NCBI GenBank assembly: GCA_964655925.1
Contig: CAZZNU010000001.1
Location: forward strand, 1 to 44,889
DNA: 44,889 bases
Source: Candidatus Woesearchaeota archaeon
GTDB taxonomy: Archaea > Nanobdellota > Nanobdellia > Pacearchaeales > GW2011-AR1
Direction: 5' to 3'
Within the stretch, counting starts at the first letter, position 1. Every line of letters starts with the position of its first letter. Made by a program: the position numbers and the translations under genes. Under the pieces are notes generated by a model. That model did not search any database, was not told the origin of the DNA, and saw nothing but the letters and a program-made list of their open reading frames with translations. Positions 42,646 through 44,889 of the stretch are shown here, piece after piece.

Positions 42646-43868
42646 GTACTATATCCTCTAAGGTATTTTATAAGAGATACTATTAATATAGCCGGATATA
42701 AAAATACATAAAGTAATGAATATATAAGTATTTCGTGAACCTTATATTTTACATCCTTTTCTCTATTGTATACAATTGATAACATTAAAAAAGCAGTACT
42801 TATAGATAGCAAAAATATTCCTAAAAAAAATAACATAGTTGGGTTTATCATTAAATCTTTCATAGTAATAATTGCGATTTGAGACTCTATTGCTAATTTA
42901 GTAGACAATAATCTTACAAAGATATAATTAAATGCCCTATATGCAAAAACAAATAATCCCGAAACTCCTATTACCCAAGACATTATAAAATACGGAATTA
43001 TGAATTTACCCAAAATTCCAGTACGCATCATTTTGGGAGAATATTGTTTCGTTGTTTGAAATCCACCAACATTCCAACGTACTCTTTGCTTGAACCAAAC
43101 CTTTAATTTACTTGGAACTTCTGTATATACTATCGCATTAAATGCCATCCTTACTTTATATCCTGCATTAACTATGTGCCATGTTAATTCTATATCCTCA
43201 GTTAAGTTAACTTCATCGAACCCTCCTACTTCATCAAAAACATCTTTTTTATAAATTGATAAAGGTCCATTTGCAACATATATTGAATCTATAAATTCCA
43301 TTATTTTTCTAGTAAACGCAATTGTCTTATACTCAACTGATTGCATTTTCTCTAACATATTATTACAATTTTCTACAAATACTCTAGAAGTAACACACGC
43401 CACGTCCCTTTCTTCCAGATATCCTATCATATACGATATAGAATCTTTTTTACACGCAGAATCTGCGTCTGAAAAACCTATTAATTCTGTATTTACAAAT
43501 TTTGCCCCATAATTTTTAGAGCCTGCCGCTCTACCTGTATTTTTAGGAGTTCTGAGAGCCAACACTTTACCTTTATATTTTTTTTCGCATTCTTTTATTT
43601 TCTGAAAAGAATTATCTTTAGAACAATCATCCACAACTATAATTTTTTTTAATCCTGGGTAATCTGATTTTAGCAATTTTTCTATTGTTCTTACAATCGT
43701 CTTTTCTTCATTATAACAAGGGATAACTATTGACAATGGTTTAGCCCTAGCGTATTTCGGATCATTAAAGATTTTATCTGAATTTTTTAGATAGATGATA
43801 ACGAATAGTATAACAAAGTAAAATGCAAAAAACGTGTAAAAGTAATATAAAAAGGTTAAACCATCCAT
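42639..43868 (-). CDS. Family 2 glycosyltransferase, processive (NodC / chitin / PNAG synthase-like)
   Basis: SIVIPCYNEE, VVDDCSKD, FSDADS, TEDIELTW and QRVRWNVGG (QxxRW), with N- and C-terminal TM helices. Confidence 0.8.
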   Translation of the reverse strand: MDGLTFLYYFYTFFAFYFVILFVIIYLKNSDKIFNDPKYARAKPLSIVIPCYNEEKTIVRTIEKLLKSDYPGLKKIIVVDDCSKDNSFQKIKECEKKYKGKVLALRTPKNTGRAAGSKNYGAKFVNTELIGFSDADSACKKDSISYMIGYLEERDVACVTSRVFVENCNNMLEKMQSVEYKTIAFTRKIMEFIDSIYVANGPLSIYKKDVFDEVGGFDEVNLTEDIELTWHIVNAGYKVRMAFNAIVYTEVPSKLKVWFKQRVRWNVGGFQTTKQYSPKMMRTGILGKFIIPYFIMSWVIGVSGLFVFAYRAFNYIFVRLLSTKLAIESQIAIITMKDLMINPTMLFFLGIFLLSISTAFLMLSIVYNREKDVKYKVHEILIYSLLYVFLYPAILIVSLIKYLRGYSTW

Positions 43869-43904
43869 GACCTATAATATTTATTTTTATTTAAAAGTTT
43901 ATGT

Positions 43905-44889
43905 TTACACAATACTATCTTTTTGATTGTCATCATTAAAATCCAATACTTTTACTTCTTTTGTTTTAAGATTCACAAGTGGAACTTTGCATAAATCTGG
44001 GTTAAGTCCTCTTTTTTCCAAAAATTTCGTATTTTTCATCCAGCAAGAGCCATTTACTAATAACACATTGTTTTTAATGTCTATATTACTTCTATGAAAA
44101 TGTGAAGTGAATATTATATCTGGTATTTCATTTAAAATAAAAGAATTATTTTTATCTATCATAAAATCAACATCCCCATATGGCATAGATATTTGACTCG
44201 TGTTTAAAAATTCCTTGATTAAAACATTAGGATTTTCATATTTATATTTATTTTTAATTTCATTTTTCTCATTGATTAAATTATACATATTATTTCCATG
44301 ATAAGAAAAGACTTTTATTCCTTTTTCTAATATTACAGTAGATGGATTTCCTATGAAAAAAATATTTTCTCTATCTTTTAATTCTTCAAAATAATTCTGA
44401 TTTATTTTTGGTTGTGGTTCTCCTTTCCATACAGAATCTCTATTTCCTGGAATTACGAAAATTTGCAAATCATTCCTAAATAGTTTTAGTAAATCTTGAG
44501 CTTTTTTATATTGTCCATTTATAGTTTTTATTAACAAATCTTTTTCTTGACCATTATATTGTCCAACTCCATCTATTAAATCTCCTCCAATAAATAAATA
44601 TTTTACTTTTTTAGAAATATTACTATAATTTTGGCTATTATCTTTATTATTTATCCATTTTATAAAATTCAGAAAATTCTTTTCTAAAAAATTAATAGAG
44701 CCACAATGAATATCTGCAATAAATGCAACCCAACAATCGTCATCCGTTTTTTTATTACTATTTGTTTTTATTTTTGGGAATATTAAGTCATTTGCTAATA
44801 ACAATCCATTTAAAATATTTCCTCTAATTAAAACAATATCATCTAAAAATATTTTTTTTACCTTATCATATAAAATATTATTATTCTTA
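43905..44889 (-). CDS. DNA polymerase D small subunit (DP1), 5'-truncated by the window edge
   Basis: Calcineurin/Mre11-type phosphoesterase motifs IADIHCGS, IGGDLIDG, VIPGNRDS, YHGNN and TSHFH. The track start at 44804 is a TTG. I checked that the frame stays open upstream to position 44889 (KNNNILYDKVKKIFLDDIVLIRGNILNG...), so the OB-fold part lies outside the window. Confidence 0.85.
   Translation of the reverse strand, partial: KNNNILYDKVKKIFLDDIVLIRGNILNGLLLANDLIFPKIKTNSNKKTDDDCWVAFIADIHCGSINFLEKNFLNFIKWINNKDNSQNYSNISKKVKYLFIGGDLIDGVGQYNGQEKDLLIKTINGQYKKAQDLLKLFRNDLQIFVIPGNRDSVWKGEPQPKINQNYFEELKDRENIFFIGNPSTVILEKGIKVFSYHGNNMYNLINEKNEIKNKYKYENPNVLIKEFLNTSQISMPYGDVDFMIDKNNSFILNEIPDIIFTSHFHRSNIDIKNNVLLVNGSCWMKNTKFLEKRGLNPDLCKVPLVNLKTKEVKVLDFNDDNQKDSIV

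Overview
AT-rich (roughly 30% GC by eye) archaeal contig. The gene content fits a small-genome, probably DPANN-type archaeon: SecY, SRP54, Bud32, NAC, Sec61beta, TFB, aEF-1beta, archease, and PolD DP1 and DP2. GGAGG ribosome-binding sites and BRE/TATA promoters are visible. The window holds about 45 genes, two tRNAs (Gln-TTG, Leu-TAG) and no rRNA or CRISPR. The main observations are: (1) One 2180-aa ORF fuses the archaeal family-D polymerase large subunit (DP2) to a complete bacterial-type family-C polymerase (DnaE / Pol III alpha). Catalytic motifs of both halves look intact. (2) A family of 7-nt tandem repeats (GTTKACN) occurs at five sites. One array sits in frame inside DP2. Two inverted arrays bracket a promoter-bearing four-helix-bundle (23S rRNA IVS / Avd-like) gene, like a cassette. 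(3) The nrdR-nrdD-nrdG operon has tandem NrdR boxes, and the NrdD glycyl-radical domain is a separate 41-aa ORF with its own Shine-Dalgarno site. (4) A large surface and type-IV-pilus-like region contains 10 proteins with class III (prepilin-like) signal peptides, a prepilin peptidase, a TadC/FlaJ-like platform protein, a 2040-aa secreted protein with four Cys-rich repeats, and an S-layer-like protein. (5) DP1 carries GNRD instead of GNHD in phosphoesterase motif III. All functional calls rest on motifs read by eye; no database search was possible.
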